Shown here piece after piece: positions 9,431 through 17,744 of a stretch of 50,108 bases of DNA (positions within the stretch are counted from its first letter, which is position 1; each line of letters opens with the position of its first letter). The DNA lies in the NCBI GenBank assembly GCA_046566345.1, contig JBKHWW010000195.1, positions 1-50,108 on the forward strand, in the 5' to 3' direction. The DNA is from Actinomycetes bacterium (lineage in GTDB: Bacteria > Actinomycetota > Actinomycetes > Propionibacteriales > Propionibacteriaceae). The notes beneath the pieces were generated by a model. The model searched no databases and was not told the origin of the DNA. It saw only the letters and a list, made by a program, of their open reading frames with translations. The position numbers and the translations under genes were made by a program.

Positions 9431-9456
9431 ATACCCTGCGCTCGGTCCTTCGAAAC
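9431..9456 (-). promoter_or_regulatory. SigF/SigB-type promoter GTTT-N16-GGGTAT for the DUF2231 gene
   Basis: Minus strand GTTTcgaaggaccgagcgcaGGGTAT. Confidence 0.7.
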
Positions 9457-9619
9457 GCCGGACGTCGGCCCACACCGGCCGCTAGAGAGATCTTCCAGGT
9501 GCGGCGAAGCTTCCGTGGAGGCCTTGCGGACTTGCATCCAGGGTGGCAGGATCGTTAGAGCACCACCTGCGGTCAAACCACGTGCCGACAGGATTCCCGG
9601 ATTCACCGAGGAGTTCGTC

Positions 9620-10450
9620 ATGGCACGTGCACGAAACCTGTCTTCTCTGACCGCTCGCCGTCGCGACCTGGCGCCGAATCCTGACCACCCGCACTGGGAG
9701 CGTCCCGACGTGGACGCCGCGCTGGCCGTCCTCGCAGACACGCGCTCCCCGGACCGGCGTCAGGAACTGATCGAACTCGTTGTCCAGGCGCACCTCGCCC
9801 TCGCCGACGGGTTGGCTCGTCAGTACGCGCACCGTGGGGTCGATCTCGATGATCTGACCCAAGTGGCCCGCCTCGGACTGCTGCTCGCGGTCGAGCGGTT
9901 CCGGCCTTCGGAGGGCGCGTCCTTCCCCGCGTTCGCGGTGCCGACCATCCGTGGTGAGCTGAAGCGCTATTTCCGGGATCACGGGTGGGTTGTGCGGCCG
10001 CCGCGTCGGGTCCAGGAGCTACGCGCCCGGGCTCGGACGACCCGGCAGGAGTTGGAACAGGCGCACGGTCATGCCCCGAGCTTGGAGGAGATGGCTGAGG
10101 CCCTTGAGGTGTCCCCGGACGAGTTGGAGGAGTGCGCGGTCGCCGACACCAGCTTCACCCCGTTGAGCCTGGATGCGACCACCGTCACCCAGGACGTCCC
10201 ACTCACGGAGCGCCTGGGCGGGGAGGCGTCCGCACTGGAGGGGCTGGCCGACGTTCTCACGCTGCGGGAGGAGCTCAAGGACCTGTCCTCGCGGGAGCGG
10301 TGGGTCGTGTACTGGCGGTTCGTGGACGGACTGACCCAAAGCGAGATCGGCAGTCGTCTGGGCGTCAGCCAGATGCAGGTCTCCCGCATCCTGTCAGGGA
10401 TCCTTCGCCGGCTGCGGCTCGCTCTCGAGCCCGCCGCTTTGGCGAGCTAG
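9620..10450 (+). CDS. SigB/SigF/SigG family RNA polymerase sigma factor
   Basis: DDLTQVARLGLLLAVERF, FAVPTIRGELKRYFRDHGWVVRPPRRVQEL, TQSEIGSRLGVSQMQVSRIL. GAGGAG RBS. Confidence 0.93.
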   Translation: MARARNLSSLTARRRDLAPNPDHPHWERPDVDAALAVLADTRSPDRRQELIELVVQAHLALADGLARQYAHRGVDLDDLTQVARLGLLLAVERFRPSEGASFPAFAVPTIRGELKRYFRDHGWVVRPPRRVQELRARARTTRQELEQAHGHAPSLEEMAEALEVSPDELEECAVADTSFTPLSLDATTVTQDVPLTERLGGEASALEGLADVLTLREELKDLSSRERWVVYWRFVDGLTQSEIGSRLGVSQMQVSRILSGILRRLRLALEPAALAS

Positions 10451-10452
10451 CC

Positions 10453-10490
10453 CCCTCCTGCTACCGGCACCCCGGACCAGGAGGGTTCTT
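10453..10490 (+). terminator. Intrinsic terminator after the sigma gene
   Basis: CCCTCCTG...CAGGAGGG followed by TTCTT. Confidence 0.6.
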
Positions 10491-10576
10491 GGGGGGTCGT
10501 GGACGGCGCCGAGCGGTGCCGTCCCCGACCCGCCCGCTCTCGGACTCAGACCGCGGTTTCCGCCGCCGGCGGCGAG

Positions 10577-10631
10577 TTATCCACATCAAGGAGCGGACGC
10601 TGCGGCGATTGTCGGGCGGGGCCTCTAGGCT
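10577..10631 (+). promoter_or_regulatory. Composite promoter 2 of the tad locus: TTATCCACA-N24-TGTCGG-N10-TAGGCT
   Basis: Exact PafBC/RecA-NDp consensus preceded by a perfect DnaA-box 9-mer. Confidence 0.7.
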
Positions 10632-10757
10632 CCTCGGTCAGGAGTCCAACCACCCCCGAGGAACCATGCACCCCCATGTTCCGGACGCCGCGCGTCCCCC
10701 TGTTCGCGTTCGCCGCGCCCACGGCGGCGCCGCTGCCTACTCGAGGCAGGAGGCGTC

Positions 10758-12182
10758 GTGACCCAGCTATCCATGCGCCGTCTTGCCGACATCCCGCTGC
10801 TGCGCCCCACCGACGCGTTCGCGCTGACCGGTCACCAGCTACGCCGTGCCGCGGTGCCGATCCCCGACGAGGTCGAGCCCGAGTGGCCGCTGGTGGTCGC
10901 CTTACGCCGTCGCGTCTCCGACGAGGTGACGCGCGAAGCCGAAGCCCACGGTGAGCGCGCTGGCGTCCCGATGCGTGATGACGACCGCCGGCTGATGGCG
11001 CGGGCGGTCATCAACCGCGTCGTCCACGCGCACGCGGAGCAGCAGAGCCTGCTCGGCGAGCTGTGGACCATCGAGCGTGAACAGCGCTACTGCGAAGCGC
11101 TCGAGGCGGCGATCTTCGGGTTCGGACGCCTCCAGCCGCTGTTCGAGCTTCCCGACGTCGAGAACATCGAGATCCACGGGTACGACTCCGTCGTGGCGCA
11201 GTACGGCGACGGTCACCGCGAGCACCTGCCTCCCGTCGCCGAGAGCGACGGGGAACTCGTCGAGGCGATCCGCTTCCTCGGCGAGTCGGTGAACCCGCCG
11301 CGTCCGTTCGACGACTCGCACCCGACCATGACGTTGGCCCTCGGCGATCGTCACCGTCTGCACGCGATCGGCTTCGGTCTCTCCTACCGGCCATCGATCA
11401 CGATCCGCCAGCACATCCTGACCGCGATCGACCTGCCCGAACTCGTCGACCGCGGCATGATGCCCGACGACGTCGGGCGGCTCCTGCATGCGGCCGTCCT
11501 GGCCCGCACGTCGATCGTCATCGCCGGCGACCAGGGAGCTGGCAAGACGACGCTGCTGCGCGCGCTGATCGCTTCGATTCCACACAACGAACGGTTCGGC
11601 ACACTCGAGACCGACTACGAGCTCCTCACCCACCTCCAGCCCGGGCGCCGCAACATGCTGGCGCTCCAGGCGCGTGTGGGGCTCGGCGAGGTCGCGGACG
11701 GACGCCAGGTCGGCGAGTTCAGCGTCGCCCAATTGATCCCCGAGGCGCTGCGGCAGAACCTGTCCCGACTCGTCGTGGGCGAAGTGCGCGGCGCCGAAGC
11801 CGGCGCGATGTTCGAGGCGATGACATCCGGCGCGGGCACGATGTCCACGACCCACTCGCATTCGGCCGCGTCCACGATGGATCGGCTCGCAGGGCGGGTC
11901 GCCCAAGGCGGCGTCCTCACTGTCGACGAGGCTTACCGTCAGATCGCACTCCACATTCGTCTGATCGTCTACGTGCGGCTGGTCGACGAGACGTGGCGGG
12001 GCGGCGTCCGCACCCGAGAGGTCTCCCAGGTGCTCTCGCTCAACGGTGCCACCGAGGGCAACCGGCCCGTGGCACACGTGCTCTACCAGGCCGCCGGCCC
12101 TCACGACCAAGGGCGCTTCCACCCCGAGCCGTGGCTGCTCGACGAGCTCGCCCCCTTTCTTCCCGATTGGCGGGCGCGATGA
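10758..12182 (+). CDS. tadA: CpaF/TadA family pilus assembly ATPase
   Basis: GFGRLQPL, GDQGAGKTT (Walker A), ALRQNLSRLVVGEVRG, MSTTHS. AGGAGG RBS. Confidence 0.92.
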   Translation: MTQLSMRRLADIPLLRPTDAFALTGHQLRRAAVPIPDEVEPEWPLVVALRRRVSDEVTREAEAHGERAGVPMRDDDRRLMARAVINRVVHAHAEQQSLLGELWTIEREQRYCEALEAAIFGFGRLQPLFELPDVENIEIHGYDSVVAQYGDGHREHLPPVAESDGELVEAIRFLGESVNPPRPFDDSHPTMTLALGDRHRLHAIGFGLSYRPSITIRQHILTAIDLPELVDRGMMPDDVGRLLHAAVLARTSIVIAGDQGAGKTTLLRALIASIPHNERFGTLETDYELLTHLQPGRRNMLALQARVGLGEVADGRQVGEFSVAQLIPEALRQNLSRLVVGEVRGAEAGAMFEAMTSGAGTMSTTHSHSAASTMDRLAGRVAQGGVLTVDEAYRQIALHIRLIVYVRLVDETWRGGVRTREVSQVLSLNGATEGNRPVAHVLYQAAGPHDQGRFHPEPWLLDELAPFLPDWRAR

Positions 12183-13042
12183 CTCTGTTGGCAGCCGTGC
12201 TGTCCGCGATGTTGTTCGTCGCGGGCGTCATGATCCTCGCGGCGGTGGGAGCGGGCGTCTTGGTGTCCCGGCCGCGCACGGACTCGTCCACAGGTCTGTG
12301 GACGAAAACGGTGGAAAACTTCGTGCGCGTGCCCGTCAGCACGCGCTGGTCGGCGGCGGCCGGCATTCTCGTTGGCATCGCCGTGACGCTGTGGACCGGG
12401 TGGCCCGTGCTGCTGGCCGTGGTGCCGATCGCGGTCGTGGGCATTCCGCACCTGCTCAGCGCGCCCCGGCAGACCGACATCGAGCTGCTGCAGTCCCTGG
12501 ACCGCTGGGTGCGGGGCATGACCGCCACGATGGCTACCGGCAAATCGATCACGGACGCGCTGCGGCTAGGCGCCCGCCAGCCGCCCGTCCTGCTGGCCGA
12601 GCCGCTCGTGCTGCTGATCCGCCGCATCGACGACCGTTGGCCGCCCGACCAGGCCCTCCTCGCCCTGGCCGATGACCTGGGCAGCCCCGACTCGGACGCG
12701 GTGATCGCCAGCTTGGTGCTGGCCGCGCAACGAGGGGGGAACGGGGCGGTGGCCACGCTCGCGGCGCTTGCGGACACCATCCAGGACCGCCTGAAGGCGC
12801 TGCGCGAGATCGAGGCCGAGCGTGCCAAGCCTCGGGTCGTTGTGCGTCAAGTGACGGTGATCACGCTCGTGGTTCTGGGAGGCTCCTTGCTGCTGGGTCG
12901 GCAGTTTTTCGCCCCGTATGGGTCGCCGGTGGGGCAGGTGCTGCTGGCCTGCCTGCTCGCCCTCTACGTGGGCTCGCTGGTGATGCTGCGCTCCATGACG
13001 CTGCCGCGCAAGCGTGACCGCATCCTGCGGAGCCTCGCGTGA
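12179..13042 (+). CDS. tadB: TadB-like type II secretion system F family platform protein
   Basis: Multi-TM protein, ATGA-coupled to tadA. ADDLGSPDSDAVIASLVLAA...REIEAERAKPR...FAPYGSPVGQ. Confidence 0.82.
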   Translation: MTLLAAVLSAMLFVAGVMILAAVGAGVLVSRPRTDSSTGLWTKTVENFVRVPVSTRWSAAAGILVGIAVTLWTGWPVLLAVVPIAVVGIPHLLSAPRQTDIELLQSLDRWVRGMTATMATGKSITDALRLGARQPPVLLAEPLVLLIRRIDDRWPPDQALLALADDLGSPDSDAVIASLVLAAQRGGNGAVATLAALADTIQDRLKALREIEAERAKPRVVVRQVTVITLVVLGGSLLLGRQFFAPYGSPVGQVLLACLLALYVGSLVMLRSMTLPRKRDRILRSLA

Positions 13043-13920
13043 GCGCCGCCCTGCTGCTCGCCCCGGGCATGCTGTTCGGCCTCGGCGTGGTGCTGATGGC
13101 GCTCGCCTTTCGGCCGCGCCACCCGCGGCTGGCCGACGCGCTGGCGGTCCTCGCCGACCGGACGCCGCCCTCGGCCCCACAGCCGCCCGCCCAGGGCGCC
13201 GAACGGCTCGGGGCCTGGTGGCTGCGCGCCCGGAACGTCGCGGCATCGCCCGGCCTGGAGCGTCAACTCACGCTGCGGGGGCGCACCCTGGCCGCCCATT
13301 ACACGCGCAAGCTGACATGGGGGCTGACCGGTCTTCTCCTCCCCCTGGTGGCCGGGTTGGCCGGGTGGCTGCTGCTCGGCTGGGCGCCGGTGCTGCCGGG
13401 GCTGACCGCGCTCGTGCTCGCCGCGGCCGGGTTCTTCGCCCCCGACCTGCTGCTCCGCGGCGGTGGCCAGGTCGCTAGCCACGACGCCACCGAGGCACTC
13501 CTTACGTTCTTCGACCTGGTCACGCTGGAGCGCCTCGCCAACCAGTCCGCCACCCAGTCGTTGCACGCTGCGGCGACCTTGTCTGACGTGCCGGTGTTCG
13601 CGGCGATCAGGGGCACGCTCGACCGTGCGCGGCTGCAGCAGCGAACTCCGCACGCCGACCTGCGCGAGCTCGGTCGCGAGCTGGATCTTCCGGCACTGTC
13701 CGACCTCGCCGACGTCATGCACCTCGACGAGTCGGGTGCGGCGCTGTCGTCGGCGCTGCGCGCCCGCGTCCGCGAACTCCGCGACGCTCACCTGACCGGC
13801 ATGAAAGTCGCCGCCTCCGACCTGTCTGAACGGATGACGCTGTGGATGGTCATCCCGAGCCTGGTCTTTGGACTGTTCTTCCTCGTTCCTCCGCTGCTCA
13901 CGCTCGTGGGCGCTGGCTGA
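13039..13920 (+). CDS. tadC: TadC-like platform protein
   Basis: Multi-TM protein, GTGA-coupled. FFAPD, LDLPALSDLADVM, SERMTLWM. Confidence 0.8.
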   Translation: MSAALLLAPGMLFGLGVVLMALAFRPRHPRLADALAVLADRTPPSAPQPPAQGAERLGAWWLRARNVAASPGLERQLTLRGRTLAAHYTRKLTWGLTGLLLPLVAGLAGWLLLGWAPVLPGLTALVLAAAGFFAPDLLLRGGGQVASHDATEALLTFFDLVTLERLANQSATQSLHAAATLSDVPVFAAIRGTLDRARLQQRTPHADLRELGRELDLPALSDLADVMHLDESGAALSSALRARVRELRDAHLTGMKVAASDLSERMTLWMVIPSLVFGLFFLVPPLLTLVGAG

Positions 13921-13967
13921 CCCGTTCACCCTCGTCCCTTCCCTACCCCAACCACGAAGGAGTCACC

Positions 13968-14144
13968 ATGTCCCTCATCCACCGTGCCCTCGGCACCGTC
14001 CTCGACCTCCGCGCGCGCGGCGAGCGCGGCCTGTCCCAGTCCACCGAGTCCGCAATCTTGCTGGCGGGCGCCGTCGCGGTCGCCCTGGCGGTCGTGGCGG
14101 TGATCACCAGTTTCGTGATGGGCAAGCTCGGCGAGATCGGCTGA
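13968..14144 (+). CDS. Flp-like pilin (58 aa)
   Basis: Strong AAGGAG RBS. ERG|LSQSTE followed by a hydrophobic helix. Located after tadC. Confidence 0.75.
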   Translation: MSLIHRALGTVLDLRARGERGLSQSTESAILLAGAVAVALAVVAVITSFVMGKLGEIG

Positions 14145-14145
14145 C

Positions 14146-14514
14146 GTGGCCCACGATGAGCGGGGCGTGAGCGACTCCGTGCAGTGGGCCGTGCTCACGC
14201 CCCTGCTCCTGCTCACCCTCCTGGGCTCCATCCAGGTCGGCCTCTGGGCGCACGGGCGCACGATCGCGTCCCACGCTGCTGTTGCCGGGGCCGAGGAGGC
14301 CTCCCTGCTCGGAGCGTCCACGTCCGATGCGCGCGTCCTGGCCCAGGCGATCGCGGCTGGCGGCGGACTCACCGACGTCCAGGTCACGGTCGAGACGTCT
14401 GCTGACCAGGCACGGGTGCAGGTCGGAGGCCGGATGCCGACCTTTCTCGACCTCGGCCAGACCGCGGTGAGCGAGCAGGCCACCCGGCCCCGCGAGCAGG
14501 TGAGCCGCCCGTGA
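14146..14514 (+). CDS. TadE-like pseudopilin
   Basis: DERG|VSDSVQWAVLTPLLLL...Q.GLWAH...AAVAGAEEAS. Confidence 0.8.
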   Translation: MAHDERGVSDSVQWAVLTPLLLLTLLGSIQVGLWAHGRTIASHAAVAGAEEASLLGASTSDARVLAQAIAAGGGLTDVQVTVETSADQARVQVGGRMPTFLDLGQTAVSEQATRPREQVSRP

Positions 14515-14945
14515 TCCGGCCGGCGAGCCGTGGCGAGCGAGGCGCTGCCTCGGTCGAGTTCGCGATCGTGGTGCCAGCGCTCGTCCTCGTTATCGGCCTG
14601 GTCATCGCCGCGGGACGCCTCGCGCACGCCCGCGTCGCGGTGCAGCAGTGGGCCGACTCCGCCGCGCGCACGGCGTCCATCGCCCGTGACGCGGGAGCCG
14701 CTCAGTCCCGAGCACGGGCCGTGGTGGCTTCGGACGCCGCACACACCAGCGTGAGCTGTGGCGGCGGCTGGTCCGTGAGCCTGGACACCGGCGCGTTCGG
14801 CCGTCCCGCCGGTCAGCCCGGGGCCGTGGACGTCCGGGTCGTGTGCCCGGTTCCGCTGGCCGACCTGGTGCCCGGACTTCCGGGCACCATCCTGGTCGAG
14901 GGGCGCGCCTCCTCGACCCTCGACCGTTATCGCGGGAGGCGATGA
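14511..14945 (+). CDS. TadE-like pseudopilin
   Basis: ERG|AASVEFAIVVP...AARTASIAR...LDRYR. Confidence 0.85.
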   Translation: MIRPASRGERGAASVEFAIVVPALVLVIGLVIAAGRLAHARVAVQQWADSAARTASIARDAGAAQSRARAVVASDAAHTSVSCGGGWSVSLDTGAFGRPAGQPGAVDVRVVCPVPLADLVPGLPGTILVEGRASSTLDRYRGRR

Positions 14946-17743
14946 TGCGACGACTCCTGGCCTTGATGGCCCTGGTCATCCTGGCGGCTGTGCCACCGGC
15001 GCTGCTGCTCACCCTCGGATACACCGACTGGTCTGGCATCCAGCTGTGGAGCGCGTCCGATGTGCGCGTGCTCCTGGTCGCGCTCACCATGCTGGGGTGG
15101 CTGGCGTGGGCTGCCTGGATGCTGTCGCTCGCCCTTGAGCTGGCGGTCGCCCTCTCGGGTCGGCGACTGCGGCTGCCCCTTCCTGGTCTCGCCGGTCCTC
15201 GGGCGCTGGCGTCCGTGCTGATCGCCGCAATCGTCGCCACCGGGGCGGCCTCGGGCGCGCACGCCGCGCCGAGCCCGATCCCCCTCGCCGCCCGAGCATC
15301 AGCAGATTCACAGGGGGCGGAGCGGGTGTCCGCAACGCGTGCGCCCATCACCCCTGTGCATCGAGTCCTGCTGGGCGACGACCTGTGGAGCCTGGCCGAG
15401 CGCTACTACGGTGACGGCGCTCAGTGGCGCCAGGTGGCGGAGGCCAACCCCGCGCTCCTGGGTGACCCGTTGGCGCAGCTCACCCCTGGAGCCGAGCTGG
15501 CCATCCCCACGCCGTCGACAGAGGTGAGGGTTCGCGAAGGGGACACGCTCCGCCGTCTGGCCGGCCGCCATCTCGGCGACCCGGCGCGCTGGCCCGAGAT
15601 CTACGAGCTGAACCGGCAACTCGTCAAGGACCCCGATCTGATCCGCGTCGGCTGGGTCCTGCGCGTGCCCCGCTCCGTTGCACCCGCTGATGTCTCGCAG
15701 CCGCCCCCGCCCCCGCGGCCGTCCCCCCGAGTGGAGCACGCCGAACACGCGGCCGCCGAGCCGGCGTCTCCCACACCCAGCCCGGCCCCGCCGGCAGAGC
15801 TGCCGCGAACGGACCCGGCACCGGGGCAGCCCGACGATACCGAAGGCGACATGACCGGGGTCGACGCAACCACATCCGAGGACCAGACCGACATCGGGGC
15901 GGTCGCCGGGCTCGTGGGCGGGCTGTCTGCGCTGGCGGCGTCCGCCGTGCTCGGCGGTATCGGCGTGCGCCGCCGGATCCAGGCCCAGGCTCGACCGGTG
16001 GGACGACGCTTCGTCCAGCCCGTCGGTGAGCTCGCCCGCTACGAGGCCGCACTCGGTCGGCTCGTCGTCGACGACCCCGAGATCGGCCGCGATCAGCTGC
16101 TGGCGCGCGCGATGCGTCACTTGTCCGCCCACTGGCGTGCTGAGGGCAAGCCCGCGCCGACTCTGCGGATGGCTTCGGTGGGGCCTGACGACGTGGCGTT
16201 CGAGTTCGCGAGGCCCCCGGCCTCGACGCCCGAGGGCTTCACGCTTCTCGGCACGAGCCTGATCGCCGTGTGGTCGATTCTCCGCGGCCTGGGAGAGGCC
16301 GACGCCCCTGTCACGTTTCCCGCCCTGGTCACGCTGGGCCGGGGCAGCGACGGCCGCCTCCTCATGGTCGACGTCATCGCCTGCGGCGTCCTCGGGATCC
16401 GTCCCGACGAAGCCCGGGGGGCTGACGAGGTGCTGTCGGCGATGCTGGTCGAGCTGTCTTGCGCACCCTGGGCGACTGAGCTCGACCTGTTGGTTGTGAC
16501 CGGCGACCCGGGGTTCGCGGACGCCGCGGGGGAGGGGCGCATCGTGTGCGAGCCGGACGCGGAGGCCGGGGTGGCGGCGGTCGAGCGACTGGTCGCCCAG
16601 CGCTCGCCGTTCACCGCGCCCGGCGGGTGGAGCGTAGGACGCTGCGCGCCCGACTGGGCCGACGCCCTGGCGGCGCAGGTCGTCCTCTTCGAGTCCGCCC
16701 CGGACGCCGCACAGCTCGCGCGCCTCGAGGAGGCCCTCGCTCACGATTGCGGGATCGCCGCCATCGCCGTGGTCGACGCGGACGCCGACGCCGACTGGAC
16801 GCTGACCACCGATCACGCCGGTGTCCGCCTCGTCGACGCTGGCGGGAGCACCGCCCTCGCCCAGACCGTCCCGGCCGAGACCCGGCGAGCCCTGACCGGC
16901 CTCTACGAGACGGCCTCGCGCACCGACAGCGAGCCGGCCGCGTGGTGGGCTGCACCCCAGAAGGAGGATGACGTGAACATCATCGCCCTGCGCCCCGGCC
17001 ACCTCCCGGTGCGCTCCGACGGGCCACGCCTGGGCTTGCTGGGGCCGGTGGAACTCACCGGCTGCGCCGGGGCACCACCCATCCGAGCGGTCCGCCAGTG
17101 TATCGAGTACTGCGCCTGGCTCCACCTCAGCAACGGCGGCACCGCGGTCCAGATGACCCAGGCGCTCCTGGTCGCCGACGGCACCCGCCGCTCCAACCTG
17201 AGTCGTCTGCGCAGCTGGCTGGGCGGCCGGCCCGACGGGACGCTGTTCCTGCCGGACGCCTACTCGGGCCGGATCGCACTCGACGCAGCCGTGACCTCCG
17301 ACTGGCAAGACCTCGCGCTGCTCACCTCCGGTGGAGTGAATCGGCAGCCACTGGACCGCCTGGTCGCGGCCCTCCAGTTGGTGCGCGGTGCCCCTTTGGC
17401 GGACGCCGCGCCGGGGCAGTGGGGGTGGGCCGAGGAGTTCCGGGCCGACGCCGCGGCACTGATCCGCGACGTCGGCGTGGTGGCCGCCCGTGCCGCCCGC
17501 GAGCGCGGCGACCTCGACACCGCGCGGTGGGCGGCTAACCGCGCGCTCCTCGCCGCCCCCGACGACGAACTGCTCCTCGCCGAGCGGATCCGCACCGAGA
17601 GGGCCGCGGGGCGCCTCGATGAGGTGCGCCGGCTCGTGGAGCGAGTCACCCGCACCGCACGGGTTCTCGGGTTGGACCTGCTCCCCGAAACAGTGGACCT
17701 GTGCCAGGAGGCGCTCGAGGGGCGCCTGCGCGCTCGCGCCTGA
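14942..17743 (+). CDS. Membrane protein with two LysM domains and C-terminal SARP-like (wHTH + BTAD) region
   Basis: N-terminal TMs; VLLGDDLWSLAERYYG and VREGDTLRRLAGRHLG...DPDLIRVGWVLRVP; Pro-rich linker; TM; LGLLGPVEL...SRLRSWLG...SDW...ALQLVRGAP. ATGA-coupled to tadE. Confidence 0.85.
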   Translation: MMRRLLALMALVILAAVPPALLLTLGYTDWSGIQLWSASDVRVLLVALTMLGWLAWAAWMLSLALELAVALSGRRLRLPLPGLAGPRALASVLIAAIVATGAASGAHAAPSPIPLAARASADSQGAERVSATRAPITPVHRVLLGDDLWSLAERYYGDGAQWRQVAEANPALLGDPLAQLTPGAELAIPTPSTEVRVREGDTLRRLAGRHLGDPARWPEIYELNRQLVKDPDLIRVGWVLRVPRSVAPADVSQPPPPPRPSPRVEHAEHAAAEPASPTPSPAPPAELPRTDPAPGQPDDTEGDMTGVDATTSEDQTDIGAVAGLVGGLSALAASAVLGGIGVRRRIQAQARPVGRRFVQPVGELARYEAALGRLVVDDPEIGRDQLLARAMRHLSAHWRAEGKPAPTLRMASVGPDDVAFEFARPPASTPEGFTLLGTSLIAVWSILRGLGEADAPVTFPALVTLGRGSDGRLLMVDVIACGVLGIRPDEARGADEVLSAMLVELSCAPWATELDLLVVTGDPGFADAAGEGRIVCEPDAEAGVAAVERLVAQRSPFTAPGGWSVGRCAPDWADALAAQVVLFESAPDAAQLARLEEALAHDCGIAAIAVVDADADADWTLTTDHAGVRLVDAGGSTALAQTVPAETRRALTGLYETASRTDSEPAAWWAAPQKEDDVNIIALRPGHLPVRSDGPRLGLLGPVELTGCAGAPPIRAVRQCIEYCAWLHLSNGGTAVQMTQALLVADGTRRSNLSRLRSWLGGRPDGTLFLPDAYSGRIALDAAVTSDWQDLALLTSGGVNRQPLDRLVAALQLVRGAPLADAAPGQWGWAEEFRADAAALIRDVGVVAARAARERGDLDTARWAANRALLAAPDDELLLAERIRTERAAGRLDEVRRLVERVTRTARVLGLDLLPETVDLCQEALEGRLRARA

Positions 17744-17744
17744 C

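Noticed and set aside
10577-10585. Possible oriC because of a perfect DnaA box
   Set aside because: Single box, no dnaA/dnaN, and no AT-rich unwinding element or dense box array.
15308-17308. 666-aa antisense ORF within the LysM-BTAD gene
   Set aside because: Shadow ORF with no start context or motifs.
6183-17743. tad locus as part of an ICE or conjugative element
   Set aside because: No VirB4, coupling protein, relaxase, integrase or att sites in the window. Flanks are housekeeping genes.
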